NCBI GenBank assembly: GCA_964016885.1
Contig: OZ024742.1
Coordinates: 212,102,001-212,166,000 of the forward strand
Source of the DNA: Eledone cirrhosa
Lineage: Eukaryota
DNA length: 64,000 nucleotides
Reading direction: 5' to 3'
Positions 50,683 through 64,000 of the stretch are shown here, piece by piece. Made by a program: the position numbers and the translations under genes. A model generated the notes under the pieces. It did not search any database. It was not told the DNA's origin and worked only from the letters and a program-made list of their open reading frames with translations. Position 1 is the first letter of the stretch, and every line of letters starts with the position of its first letter.

Positions 50683-51320
50683 CTCTGCAGCAGACCTGGC
50701 TCTAAGGCTCTCAGTGAGACACCACTGTAAATATGATATATGTAAACAACTCTGCAACAGACCGAGCTCTATGGCTCTCACTCACACACCCCTATGATAT
50801 ATGTAAACAACTGTGCAGCAGACCTAGCTCTATGGCTCTCACTCACACACCACTATGATATATAATAATGAAATTATTGTGTAAAGTGCTCAGGTGCACT
50901 ACAACCCATCAATAGTGCATGTATAGTACATAGAATAATATACAAATGTCAGGGAAGTGAATAGTGTATGAGTCATGATATGTATGGAGGGGGAATATTA
51001 GGTGTAGTGTTGGCGAATCTCAGGAAGCATGGAGGTTTTAAAGGATGCAGTGTTTCGACAGCTAATAACTGATGCAAGTAGTTCGTTTCATGCTTCAGCA
51101 ACTCTGAGCGTGAAAAGATGTTTCCGAAAGTCATGGGATCTGTGCTGTTTTCTGACACATGGAAATCAAAAAGATACTCAGGGTTGTTGACAAGATGGTT
51201 AATAATTTTGTAAATATGTAAACAACTCTGCAGCAGACCTGGCTCTATGGCTCTCACTCACACACCACTATATATATGGTATAAACAACTCTGTGGAAAA
51301 TCTGGCTCTATGGCTCTCAT
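50683..51320 (+). repeat. ~61-bp minisatellite (5 units) split by a LINE fragment
   Basis: Unit aaacaactctgcagcagacctggctctatggctctcactcacacaccactatgatatatgt; three units lie before ~50862 and two after ~51220. Confidence 0.8.
50865..51212 (-). mobile_element. 3' remnant of a CR1/L2-type LINE
   Basis: Minus-strand decayed C-terminal ORF2-like peptide (YKIINHLV...FDF...FF.LRVAEA.N.L) followed by a UTR-like tail. Confidence 0.55.
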
Positions 51321-52124
51321 ACTGGTGTTCACCATAGAAGGAAGGGAACCTCAGGATGATAAAAGGCAGTCATTTATGTCACTTTCCAACACCATTGAGG
51401 TATTAGAAATGAGGTTAATAGTCTGGTAGCTGATGATCCATACAAACATAGAAACATCTGTATATGCATACGTACATATATGTGTACTCTGTGTACAGTG
51501 GTTGGTGTTATCCAATCATAGAAACCATGCCCAAAAGGAACATACATGCGAGACATGGTCTCCCAACCCATCTAAGAGGGCACTAACCCCCAATAAGGAC
51601 TTCAACTGCAACACACCATCCAACCCATGCTATGATGGTAAGCAGATGTAAAATAATGATGATTGTGTGTGTATGCATATTAGCATGTATTTTCTACTAG
51701 GGTAAAGACTCCTTCAGTTACGAATGATCATGAAATTGTACCTGGAAAGTTCCCCTTTGAAGCACAAGCCAGGGAAAATAGTTTGGGGGAAGACCAACAG
51801 TTGCCCATACATGTCAGTCTCCCCTTTCCATGCCACTGATGTTGTTCAAGAGAAAAGCAAAGGCTGATACAGTTTGGGACCAGTGATGTCGCAACTCATT
51901 TTTTCCAGCTGAGTGAACTGGAGCAACACGAAATAAAGTGTCCTGATCAAGGACACAACGCACTGCCCCAAACTCACAACCCCATGATTGTAATCCCAAC
52001 ACCTTAACCCCTAAAACTGCACCTTCAGTTAGATAATTGCTACCTGGAGCATCGGCCATTTTGTTAATTAATCGATTTCAAGAATTGACTATTATTGTTT
52101 TTTATTATCATTGATAGACATTAG

Positions 52125-52535
52125 GGCAGTGGATTGGCAGGGTGTCAGACACCATGCTTTGTAGCATATAGTTACGTCCCTTACGTTCGGAGTTCAAATC
52201 CCACCGAGGTTAACTTTGCCTTTCATCCTCACGGGGTCAATAAAATAAAGTACCAGTAATGCAGTGGGATTGATTTAATCGCCCCTCCCCCCCAATTGTT
52301 GGCCTTGTGCCTAAATCAGAAACCATTATTATTGATAGATGGTGGATTGGCAGTATCGGTAGAGGGTCAGACGCCATGCTTTGCAGCAAAGAGTTACGGC
52401 CCTTTATGATCTGAATTCAAATTCCGCCAAGGTTAACTTTGCCTTTCATCCTTACGGGGTTGATAAAATAAAGTACCAGTAATACACTGGGGTAATTGCT
52501 GGCCTTGTGCCAAAAGTAGAAACAATTATTATTGA
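52125..52535 (+). mobile_element. Tandem pair of SINE copies (gcctttcatcc...ataaagtaccag family)
   Basis: Two consecutive head-core-tail units. Confidence 0.8.
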
Positions 52536-54122
52536 TAGACATGTATGCTGGAACAAGAAAAACATGGGCGATAGAGAAAACAAATTGGACTCAACATGTA
52601 GAAACACATAAGAAACATTATTTTCTAGGACACAATGTAAGTTCACCAGTGTAATATAACTGTTTCTAGCACTCAAACACACTGATCTATACAAATGGAA
52701 TTTACTTGGGATTGCCCAGAGGGCATAACTCCCTATGAGTTAAAGAGTGTCAAAATAGAAAAGATACCCTCCCACCCACCTGAGAGGACATGTTTAACTG
52801 ATTTTTTAAAAAGGAATTCGTTTTAATATTATAAACATTTCGAATACATGTTTAAAGGTATTCAAAAATTTTCTAGTAACTTACTCAAACAATAAATAAA
52901 ATTTACTAACCAAATTTAAGAACTTATAAATTATAATGTAAAAACATCCGAATTTCTCTATTTTCAAGGCATAGCTAATTTCTTGCTGGCTCATAATTAT
53001 TGGTGTTTTTTTTTTAAAATTAATAACTGAAAATCTTTCACTTTAATTACACCCTATCATTGGATAATGAATTAGTTTTTTCTACTGGTATAATTATTGA
53101 TGTGAGTCTTTTTTTAATATTAAAAATATGCTAGAAATATTCCACTCTATAAAGAGAAGAGAGCATTAGATAATTATTTAGTATTATTTTAAAAAAACCA
53201 AAAAAAAACAGAACATTAACCATCCCGTTATGGATAAGAATCACTTCATATTTTCTGTAACTTATAACGCTGTAAAAAATAATTTTTGGAAGACACCTAG
53301 TAGACTAAGATATGTTTGTACTGGTGATCAACATGATAAAAGCACCCAGTACATGCTGTAAAGTGGTTGGTCTTAAGAAGGGCATCAGACCACAGAAAGC
53401 TTGCCAAACAAGGGGTTGGGAGAACCCTTCAATTTGTGTCAAAAGGCATGATAACTTCTTCTGTGCACTCAATGGAATGTATGACCACGTGAAAAGCGAG
53501 ATGCAGTCAACCTGGTATCTCTGGAAGGTCAGTAATTCTGCTTCAGTGCTGTCCAACCCTTGCTAGCAGGGAAAGTGGATGTTGAAACCATGATGTTGAT
53601 GTTGATGAATAATGAAAGAAAACATAAAAGAAAATTATTGTAATTGATTTAAATTAATGCAAAATGAAATTAATGATTTAAATTAACCACACAGCCATAT
53701 ATGTGCCTAGGATGATAATTATAATGATAATTGTTTTTAATTTAGCAACAAGGCCAGAAATTTTGGGGAGGGGTTAGTTGATTAAATTGACCTTGGTATA
53801 TGACTGCTACTTTATTTTATCGACTATGAAGGATGAAAGATAAAGTTGACCTCAGTAGGATATGAATGCAAAAAAAAAAAATAATAATAATGATTTCTTT
53901 ATTGGCCCCACAAGGGCCTAAGACAATGGAGACAACACAAGAAAATTATTAGAGTCAAGGAAAACTCAGTGATTCAAGCATCTTCATAAAGAATGTAATC
54001 AAATTAAATATTTTACTATACACTCCATCATATTAAATATATAATGATCATGTTTCTCAATAAAAAAAAAGCTCAATGGTCCTTAGTTCAGAGCATCAAT
54101 TATACAAGTTAAAAGGATATAT

Positions 54123-54207
54123 ATATTCATTTTATCAAGGCTAAATAGTGAGTCACTATTATTAAGGCTAAACAAGACTCACTAGTTAGCCTTAATAAAA
54201 TGAATAT
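54123..54207. repeat. 32-bp inverted repeat (mini fold-back)
   Basis: 54123-54154 vs 54176-54207, 2 mismatches, 21-nt spacer. Confidence 0.85.
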
Positions 54208-55589
54208 TTAAACTCTAGTTCGGTACTGAGTACTTTATCTCAGCCGTCAACTACATATGGATACAGAGAGAGAGAGATAGCAATATTTAATTTTAAAGGA
54301 ATTTAGTTGCCACTCCCAATACCAATCCAAATTTAAAATTAAAAAAAATAAATAAAATTATACAAATACTATAACAAGTCACCTTCAGTTGAAACCAGAG
54401 ACAAACTTACACAAAAATAAAAGCAAGATATGTTTTTTTTTACTTTGTTCTCTTTAAATTATTATTACTATTAGTTTTTTTGGTTTTTTTTTTCGTTAAA
54501 TAAGGTGAATATATACTTAATTACTATGTGGGAAATATGTTCAAATTACAGAAACGATATGTAACATCCTGTAATTACACATACTAGTAGAGAATATTTC
54601 AATAATGGTCACACATAGGCATATATAGTGACCAGAAAACAGGAAACAGAGGAGTTATTTGGAAGCAGCTACTTTATCAACAACAAGCAGTCTGGGCCAT
54701 TTCAAGAATATTTATTAAGTACTAAATTTTCTTTCATGTGACATAATATGATAACCTTACAAAATAAAATTCTATTCTAGCTCGCTAATGAAATCAATGA
54801 AAAGAATTAGTTTATACTAAAAACAACATCAGTATTTATTTTAGAAATCTAGTCATTATGACTATTGGTGTCCCTGGCTCCTGGACTGCTATTTTTCTCT
54901 ACTAAATCAGGATGAGGGCGTGCCTGAGAAAGAAGTCTTGTGAGGTAAAATGGCCGATGCAGTGGGTGCTTCTGGCTGTTTTCTGTTGCCCTATCTTGTC
55001 CGTGGGCACAGTTGAAATATACCATTTAACCTCCCCATTTCTCTTACTGCTTCTTTCTTTTTCTTATCATTGTAAACATATTTTCATAATCTAGCATGGA
55101 ATGTTTTCATGGTTCAATGTTGACCAAAGTTTAGTCTTAGTTTCATGGAATTAAGCAGATGATAGCTAAATCTACTGGATAGGATTTCAATCTATCATGT
55201 ATTGGTCCATCAAAGAAGACAAGAAAAAGTGGTTAGATCTCAGAATGTTGGGCTATACAGATGAAAATGAAGTGTTGTAAAGTATAACAAGCCATTGTCC
55301 CAACTTTGTTTTATTCAATTTATTCATCACATTCTTGTAAAGCTATGTTTATAGATTGTATACATGAGTAGATAGATATAGATAAATACATATAAAGAAA
55401 AGTAGAAAGATAGATAGAGAGGGACAGACAGCACCCTTGACAGTCACACCCCTTCTCCGCACTCTTTTGTCTTACAATTATAGAGATTGAAAATGGACAT
55501 TAAAATGATGATAATGATAACAACACATGTGGATTACATACATGCATACATACATGTTGATTGCTACTTCTTATCAGAAGAGTGTCATC

Positions 55590-56147
55590 CCTTCATTGAG
55601 CATTTCACAATCATGTGCAAGCAGGTGACTTTTTGGACCTACTTTTGTTTTGCAGGCACATTTACAGATGTGACACTTGAACTGTCTATCTCCCAGCAAG
55701 TACAGGCTGGGGTGTATCTTCATGCATTCTACCATGTCTGGTCAGTTCACCAACTGACTTGCAAATTAAGCCACACTCATTGCAAATGTATCGTGGAGTG
55801 TGTAGCAGTAGAACCATTTCACAGGTGTCTTGTGTGATTTCAGATAGTTGACAAATCCAACTCTTGTCAGAAGAAATTAGCCACATACATTGCACTACAA
55901 TTCCTGCTGGATTTTTGCAGGCATTGCACTAGTGTCCCACTTACGAAGTGAACGCTTCAAAACAGCATGCTCCACTTCCTTTTTTTCAAAGACATCACAT
56001 CCATATTTGATGAGCTTTCTCCATGATGTATGGCCTTCAATCAGTCTCTCAGCTTTAAGATTGTCTTTTATGGCATCATTAAACTGCTTCTTTGGTTTAT
56101 GCTGTGCTCTTTTTCCTCTGGTCAGCTCCCCATAAAATATCTGTTTA
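55590..56147 (-). mobile_element. RTE (BovB-like) LINE 3' remnant with C-terminal C2H2 zinc fingers
   Basis: KQIFYGELTRGKR..KPKKQF.DAIK followed by YICNECGLICKSVGELTRHGRMH and a second CxxC...H..H unit. Confidence 0.75.
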
Positions 56148-58350
56148 GAACAGAATTTGCAACATCTCCAGTTAACTGATTAATAGCTTCAAAATTCTTA
56201 ACTATAAGGTTTTAAAGTTAGGACTACTTTACATCTGTTTGTTGAAATTAAAACCTAGAATTATTTACAAGTGGATATAATCATTCATTGAAAATTTTTT
56301 TTTTTTTCAGAATATATTGACCAGAATTGATATCAGTCATTAGATTATGGCCATGCTGGGGCACTGCCTTCAAGGTTTTAGTCGATAATATCAATTTCAT
56401 TACTTATTTTATTGATCTGTATTTATCAAACTGCTAAGTTACAGGAAAGAAACAAGCAGTAAATGTAAACACACACACATATGACAGGCCGCTGCAGTTT
56501 CTATCTACCAAATTTTATTTAAAAACAATGGTCAAGATGAGGCTATAATAGAAGACATTTGTCCAAGGTGCCATAGTGGAATGGAACCCAAAATCACTTT
56601 ATATAGTCAAACATAAGCTGAGAAATATGTGATAAAACTTTTTTTAAATCGATGGGAAAATAGGATGTTCAACTTAGCAACTTCAAATTCTACATAAATT
56701 AGGTGCTAAAATATCTGGCGGGATTATTTTACAATGAAACACTGCTTTTCTACATTTACATTGATGTTATTTATACATTCCCTTGAAAATATTTCCAACA
56801 AACTTTTATAATTTGAACTTTTTAATACACAAATATCCCATACATATGCACATGTGTACAGACATACATGTTTTTCTTTGACTTAATACTTTTCCTTTCA
56901 ATCTTATGTAAGATTTAAATTTTTGTTCTGATTTTATTTTATTGCTCTCTCCCCCTTCTTACCCTATCTTTATCTCTCTCTCACTTGCTGTCTCCCCACT
57001 CCCTTCTACTCTATGAACCCCTATACAAAGTTCTCTTATTTGATCTCTTGCTTTCAAAGTACTCTTAGCTTGTGAATGGTCAGAAGTAAACAAAAATTTA
57101 AGAAACTTGTTGAAACTTAACGTAATGAAAACTCATTAGGTAATGGAGTTGTGAAACAAAAACTATACTCCAAACAACACTTAAAATATTTTAAACATCA
57201 AAATATTAAAACTTCATAAATATATTTTATACTCACAAGAATTACAAAACCACACCATCTAAACATAATGTGTTGATTAGATGCTTTGACTTATAAAGGG
57301 GGTTTGGATTTTTGCCCAATTCTCAGACATAAAATATGCGGGTCGGCTTATATTCGAGTATATATGGAATGTGGTTGCAAAGTGAACTCATTAACCACAT
57401 AGATATGCCTGCACCTATTGGGGGTATATTTTCAAAATATACTGTAAAAATGTTAATAAACTTTCTAAGCATAAAATTTTGTTTTATAATTTACGAAGAT
57501 ATTTATTTCAAAATAGAAAATAGAAATAATAATTATTACAATTTTCTAACCACTCAAAAGTGAGGTTTGTGGATATTAATTAAGAGGAAGTGAAGAAAAA
57601 ACAAATAAATAGAAAACAAGACATAAACAAAGTCAAGAATGGTTGCTATGTCAATATCTATATTAACATTGGTTTCAATTATCATAAACTGCTATATATT
57701 ATAAGCATGTTAAGAGAGCTGTCCTCTAATTGTTTGTCCTGTTACACTGTACAGCATTAATGGCGCCAAATGTGCCAAAGCAGATAAAATAGGAGTTAAC
57801 AGAAAGAAGAAGGAAATATATGTTATATGAAATTGTATTGAATTTGATCAGAGTATATTACAGGTTCTTATCTCAACACTGTCAATTAAACTATGTTGTT
57901 ATCTAATCTATAATAAAGTAAGGAGTGTGGGACTGTGTCCAGAATATATTTTTTTTATCCCCTTAGTAAAATAAGTTGGATTACTTTGAATAAATAATGA
58001 ATGAATACTACATAATTTATCTACTAAATTTCGTTATTCTTGATTAAATCTAAATAATTTTGTTGCTTATTTTAAGATTCACTTCTTTAAAATTTTCAAA
58101 TGTCAACACTTCCGGTTAGCGATTACTTAAATAAACATTTATATATTTCTGTCACTAATTTTCTCCTAATGCAGTTTATATATAATATCGTCTTTTTTAA
58201 TGTATCATGTATTACGTTACTGATTACATAAGACAGTGTAACACAGTCTTCATTCAATTTCTGTGTATATTGTCAATTACGATTTTATTTGATGTATCAT
58301 ATCTCCATGTATATATACTTGTGTATAATATCAATATGCACACTACACAT

Positions 58351-58389
58351 ACTAGCAGAAAACCACCCGAGGGTGGTTTTTCTGCTAGT
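58351..58389. repeat. Near-perfect 39-nt palindrome bounded by CTAG
   Basis: actagcagaaaaccaccc-ga-gggtggtttttctgctagt. Confidence 0.9.
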
Positions 58390-59388
58390 TATATTAATAA
58401 AGTTACTTTGCAATTAAAAAGACTGCTGTTGTTACTACTATTACTCCTTTTTTAACCACTTGTTTCCAAGAGGGTCATGGAGGCAGTCCTCAGACACTTT
58501 CCAGAGGGTCCTATCGGAAGCAACCGTCCCTAATTGATCTGGTGGGATCCCCAAGTAAGACCAACAGGGCTTATGGGTGTTATCCAATGACCTTGTTCAT
58601 GGTCTACTTCTGGGTCTCCTGTTAGTTGGCTTTACCCATAAAATCTGTCCTGTGATTCTTTCTTTTGATATTCTTAAATTAAGAAAATAAATTTTAAGTC
58701 TATGTCCTTGTTGCTGAATAATCAAGTCAGCTTTGCTTGACCGAGTCTGAAACATTTGACCATCATTCAAGTAGCATCTTTCTGATTTTTATTTTGGGCA
58801 TATTGTCCTTAAGACAAAATATCTATATAGGTGTTAATCGGAAATTGAAAACAATTATAAAACATGAGAAAGAATGCACGCTCACTAACGTGCAGAACCT
58901 TATGAACAAGTCAGCTTGTGGTACCAACAGACAGAATGGAGAAAGCATTACCCAAGAAAATAGCAAGGGAGACATGTTGAAATAGCCAGTCCAACTTTCA
59001 GAGCTTATTCCTGCAGGTGGACAACTCCCCCAAAATAAGTGGGAACGTGCTATGGGAACCAAGAATACCAGAAGTCTCCTCTGCTACAGGTTCAATAACA
59101 AAGCTATCAGAAAGCAGCCAATAGTTCAACAGCTTGCAAGCTTTAGCTTGTCAGGCTAGTTTTTAAAGACAGTATTTTGAGGGAAAATCTAATGTCACTT
59201 CAACAAAGAAAGGAGCTACCACTTTCATTTAGAACTATGTTTAGAAGATATTTGTTACACAGGAAATAACTACTAGAATAAATGATAATTTTTGTTGTGA
59301 GTTAAGATACACAAAAATTATTTTCTATCAGGGACTTCATGGTTGTATAATTCTTCACCAATCCACAAGGTTCTTCCGTGCATGCATT

Positions 59389-59462
59389 TTACCAAATGTT
59401 TGAGGTGTCCAGTACATTCACTGTGGAAAAATTAGAGTGCTCAGAATGAGCTGCACCAGTTT
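59389..59462 (-). other. Candidate start of a terminal (3'UTR or short coding) exon
   Basis: Strong polypyrimidine acceptor ttttttgttttttttttgtatag ending at 59463; phase-1 frame reads TGAAHSEHSNFSTVNVLDTSNIW*. Confidence 0.35.
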
Positions 59463-59966
59463 CTATACAAAAAAAAACAAAAAACATAGAATACATTTGT
59501 ATCATTGCAAAAGCTGTATCTCTAAGACTTTTATCAGTTTTATCGTTTGGGGTTTTTACTGACCAAGGCCAGGAGTGAATATTAATTTGTTGCATTTAAA
59601 AAAAAAACTGTTAAAAATAAAAGATATATTTTGATCAAATTTGTTATGTCTACTTTGCCTGACTCCATGTCACCTAAACTAAACTAAAATGTACCACTAT
59701 GTCTTTGATGAGAGGTAAAAAACATACTAGTACATTTTTAGTACTCAAAGAATTAATGATCAGAAAACACTTTTGCTCAAGTGTGATTTACATTGGAGAA
59801 TTGCTCATAAATTTTGGATGGTGCTGCTGATACATACACAAACATCTTAGACCACATCCAAAAGAAAGTCATTGAACCAGCTAGTTAACAAAAATCCACT
59901 TGCCAAAAGATTATAGATACAAACTCACAGTTTCTCCCATCTGCCTCTGAATTAACCAGGTACATA

Positions 59967-60519
59967 CTGCATTTTTCGGAATATAGGAGAATACAGTAAG
60001 GCGGGTAAAGAACTTAAATACTGAAATATCTGTTATATCTGGTGGACTGACTTCTCAATTACAAGCCTTTTAAGGCACACGAGAGAGGAATGGGATAATT
60101 GGATGAAGGAACTGCAACATGAACTGACATTGACAGGATGTATGAAGGGGCCTACATTTTCCCAGGTAACCCAGTGGGTGCAAAACTCGTGGGGAGCTGT
60201 GAAAACCAAGACAGTTATAAAAGCTTTCAAAAAATGTGGCATTAGCAATGCCCTAGATGGCACCAAAGATGATTTTCTGTTAAGTGACACAAGTGGTTCT
60301 GAAAACAGTGATGACCCTGAGGAATGTGAGGAAGATGAGGAATTTCAGGAACTAGATGAGGGTGACAGCCAGGAAATCAATGAGGATGACAGTAGTCATG
60401 ATTTTATAGGATTTGAAAGTGATTAAAGCTTTAATAGCGTTAATATTTTTCCTGGATATTCATGTTAAATTTAGAGTCTGTCCTATATTCCGGTGCATCT
60501 TATATTCCAAAAAATACAT
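59967..60519 (+). mobile_element. Internally deleted pogo-family DNA transposon with transposase C-terminus
   Basis: LTLTGCMKGPT..VTQWVQNSW..VKTKTVIKAFKKCGISNALDGTKDDFL plus an acidic tail is the C-terminal region of pogo/POGK-like transposases. Degenerate TIRs ctgcatttttcggaatatagga / tcttatattccaaaaaatac with TA flanks; it interrupts an L2-like remnant. Confidence 0.85.
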
Positions 60520-60829
60520 TATACACATCCCTACCACTGTATCTCATATCACAAATTTCACATTAAACACTTTGTACAATCATTACAAGCCTTAACTATT
60601 AAATTCCCGTCATTCAGTCATGTAACGTTTTGAGGGTCTAGTAGTTGCACCATCTCAGATGTGGAAATATTATTAAATTGTGGATCTCACTTGAGCTTTG
60701 TATAAGTTTAGAGATTGTTGGGAGCTGAGGTATTTTCTGAATCCTGAAGACGATAGCCAGTTTTTGGAATGTAGTGTTTAATATATTGAAGATCTGAAAT
60801 CACCAGGAGGGATTATCGATGATGGTGAA

Positions 60830-61180
60830 GCCTAGCATTTATAGCAACTTTCAGGGTTCTGGTTACATGTTGTTCATTAATGTAATAATTGTGTCTTTGT
60901 ATTGTTGAAAGAGACAAGATTGGCATGACCCCCACTGGAGAATGTTTTGGGGGTGAGTGCAAGTTGGGCATGATGTATCTAGGTTGCATGTGGGAGATGC
61001 TTGGGGAGAGAAGATTAAAAATGAGTGAAGGATGGCAAGTATGTCATTGATGTAAAGGAAGTACAGAGTGGGAGACAAAACCGAACCTTGGAAGACAAAA
61101 CCAAATCATGGGGCATAGATCAGAGACAGTTCCATCAGCACACAGTGATGGCATGATTTAACAGGAAGTCACTGATCTGA
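60830..61180 (-). mobile_element. Degraded LINE RT remnant (L2/CR1 group)
   Basis: VFQGSVLSPTLYFLYINDIL matches the RT motif QGSxLSP. Confidence 0.7.
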
Positions 61181-62329
61181 GATTAGAGATGGAATACATA
61201 ATTAAAACTGCAATAATCTAAAAACTTATTTCTTAATTCAAATATTTATGTTATCTTTACTAATGGACAGGCCATTGTGAAAATTTGCAGCATTAGGTTA
61301 AAGACTTTAATTGTTAATGAAATGCAGTCATAGTGCTGTTTTGTACTTTTCAAGAATGTCTCACTAATGGAGTTTCATGTGGTATGGGTCATTAAATGTT
61401 AAAAAAGTTTAATAGATAAAACAGTAGCCTTATATCAACCATTCAACCAAATAGCTAACTAACTAGCCTTGGACATTCTAGTATTTTGTCTGCAACAGCT
61501 CAATCACTTTAATTTCCTAATCTATATTATACACCCAATAAAAACCCTTTTACTATTTGTATTCCTTAATTTAAAACTTGAATCTAAATTTGTAAATGCA
61601 AATATAAATTTAAATAGAAAAAGGATAAAAGAATATTTATGCAAAAATCTTCAAGATAAAAGGAAAGGTTTAAGCAACAGCTGTATTTTAACAGTGACAA
61701 TAATTATATAATAATCTAGACAACAAAAGATCTAAACAATTTTCATTTTTTTTAAACACCAAGTTTTTTTCCCATTCTTGTTCATGCAGTTAATTCAAGT
61801 TAGCACATCAACATATTACCAAGTAATCAATCTTTATCAATTAATTCTATACAAGAAACATGAAATATAGCTGCAAATAATTTTGGATGTTGTTGTATGG
61901 TATATACTTATCAAATTTACACAAAATATTGGATATCTATGTATTGTATACAATATGACCAAGGAACATATAATTCAAGTGACACCCAAGCTGATGAGAA
62001 CACAAAAGGTTAATATCATTTCCCCTTTAAATGTTTTTAACACAAAGTTACTGAATGGTAAAACTAAATATTTTCTTTTACATGAATGTTACATACTTTA
62101 ATAATACTTTGAATCCCAGTAGTCAACTGTACATTTATCAGACTTTGTTGTTAGTCAGAACTAAATACTGTTGCACAAAAATCAAAAATGAAAATAATGT
62201 TATGACCATTATTGGAATAAACAGATTAAATTAAGTAGCATAATATTTCCTACATTTTGAAAATAAATGGGTGATATGGATAGCCAAGAAACTTTCTTTA
62301 TGCCAGCTCAAATTATGAAAGTATTAATA

Positions 62330-62416
62330 ATTGTTTCTACTTTAGGCACAAGGCCAGCAATTACCCAGTGCATTACTGGTACTTTATTTTATCGACCCCG
62401 TAAGGATGAAAGGCAA
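62330..62416 (-). mobile_element. Truncated SINE copy (gcctttcatcc...ataaagtaccag family)
   Basis: Reverse complement of the core and tail. Confidence 0.75.
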
Positions 62417-62992
62417 TAATGATATATAAGAAATAAACGGTAATACTAAGGTGGGATCTAATTAATTTGTAATTTGAAGTCATAGATGCCAGAGAAACAT
62501 TTCCCCACTAAAACTACTTTAGCATTTTATTTATTTTGTTATTATTTTGCTTATCTTTAATCATTTACATATATTTGATTACTATTATATGGCTGCAATT
62601 TCAATTTAAATAAGAATAAACCTTATACATTAATATAGAATTTATATTTTTATTTATATAACCTGGGCACTTCCATTAGTCGATGAACATTTCACTGCAA
62701 TTTAATTAAGTAATATTTTGCATCATTGATGCCATTAGAACAAGATAGCTAGTCTGTATCAAAATGTCAGGTATAACCTTAGGGTCCATCCAGATCAATT
62801 AAAATTGTCAAACCAATCTGTCAATAATAATCTTGATTATAGATACTCGAGATCACAACTCATAACACAAGATGAAGTTATAACAATGTCCCTACCATCT
62901 AAAAGACATTGTCTTCAAACTACACATACGGCAATATGTTAATGTTTTCTGTGTGCATATGTGCATGTGTGTGATTTGAATATACCACTCAC

Positions 62993-63157
62993 TGTTCAAG
63001 AGTCAGTTGGCCTTGTGGTCCTGGCCAGCAAGATGGAGAAGACATTGCTCTGGAGGATGGCAAAGGAGACGCACTGAGACTGCCACTCCACCTCACGATA
63101 GTAGTGAGTAGGAATGTAGTCCAGGGTGGCAAAAACGCCAGTAGGCTCAACGTAGAA
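62993..63157 (-). CDS. Candidate host coding exon (FYVEPTGVFATLDYIPTHYYREVEWQSQCVSFAILQSNVFSILLARTTRPTDS*)
   Basis: 165-nt GC-richer block bounded by acceptor ctgctacag| and donor |gtgagt. Phase-0 frame has C/G-ending codons and a protein-like sequence, with the stop 3 nt before the donor. Gene not recognised. Confidence 0.55.
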
Positions 63158-64000
63158 CTGTAGCAGTGTAAAGTAAACAATTAAACTGAACAAGTTTGGC
63201 TCCCTCTTACGTTAGGCAGGAGAAAAATAAAATGTATAACTTGTTTATCATATCTTCCTTATTTACTAAGGTTTTTTTATTTGTTTATATAAGAGAGGCT
63301 TCTTATTCAGGTTACAAATATCGACATGAACTTTAACAGACTGAATTTTTGCTGAACCTAATCCCTGTTATATATAAACTGAAGATTATCAAATGCAATC
63401 TGAGAAACTTTTATTAGAAGCAAATTAGTATTTATACATATTAAATGTTATTGTATAGAAAAAAAACAACTAAAAGAATAGAAAGTAACTAAATTAATTT
63501 ATAATACAAAATAAGCCATTTAAATAGTTTTAGCATTTCCTAAAAATATTTCTTTTAACTAACAAGTTAAGAGAATAACATTTCACAAAAAAAAAGAAAA
63601 AAAAAAGCCAAATTGAAAGCAAACTTAGTATTACAGGAGAGAATCTTCACACAGCTAATAACAAACATGATAAATAACAATAACTCATAGACCAGTGTAG
63701 CTATCAGAAAGGCTATTGCCAGTATCAGAACTTAAACTGTGTTTTGGCAATTCTAATTTAGCTTAACAGCTAGCAAATGATGGGCAGCAGGCAGTAAAGG
63801 GAAAATGTGAACAGCAATGTTTTTGTTTATATAAAAGAAAGAAGAGAGAAGGGCTGTAGGAAGGTTAAGATCTGAGAAATTTAGACTAAATGAAATAAAG
63901 CTATAATGAACATCTTTGTTTGAAATAAAATATAGACAGTAATCTGTTGTTTGTATAGTTCTTGAGTTTCTTAAATATAGATTCAGATTCTATTCTAAGT

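Noticed and set aside
50683-51320. Regular repeats suggestive of a CRISPR array
   Set aside because: Units are contiguous with no unique spacers, the context is eukaryotic, and there are no cas genes.
58737-59110. Coding-looking block with short ORFs on both strands
   Set aside because: No recognisable motif or consistent splice sites; may be UTR.

Overview
This is AT-rich, repeat-dense eukaryotic DNA. The SINE families and huge (AT/AC)n tracts suggest an octopod cephalopod, but that is inference. The first ~23 kb is a giant (AT)n/(ATAC)n microsatellite field with insertions in it. These include a 5'-truncated CR1-type LINE (duplicated across a 200-N gap, probably an assembly artefact), RTE-type tails and a tandemly duplicated ~400-bp segment. 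The best candidate for something undescribed is a 1,036-bp non-coding element at 20881-21916 built as interleaved inverted repeats (A-X-B-A'-Y-B'). It reconstructs to a 591-nt circular or terminally repeated unit carrying a type I hammerhead ribozyme with a compensatory U3:A8 core, i.e. a retrozyme/Penelope-like non-autonomous element. The rest is intron-like DNA with many SINEs, RTE/L2 LINE remnants, an end-intact Helitron deletion derivative, pogo/hAT/piggyBac MITEs, several hairpins and a few candidate minus-strand host exons that I cannot assign to a named gene. The long Y/I/H/T-rich ORFs in the track are microsatellite translations.
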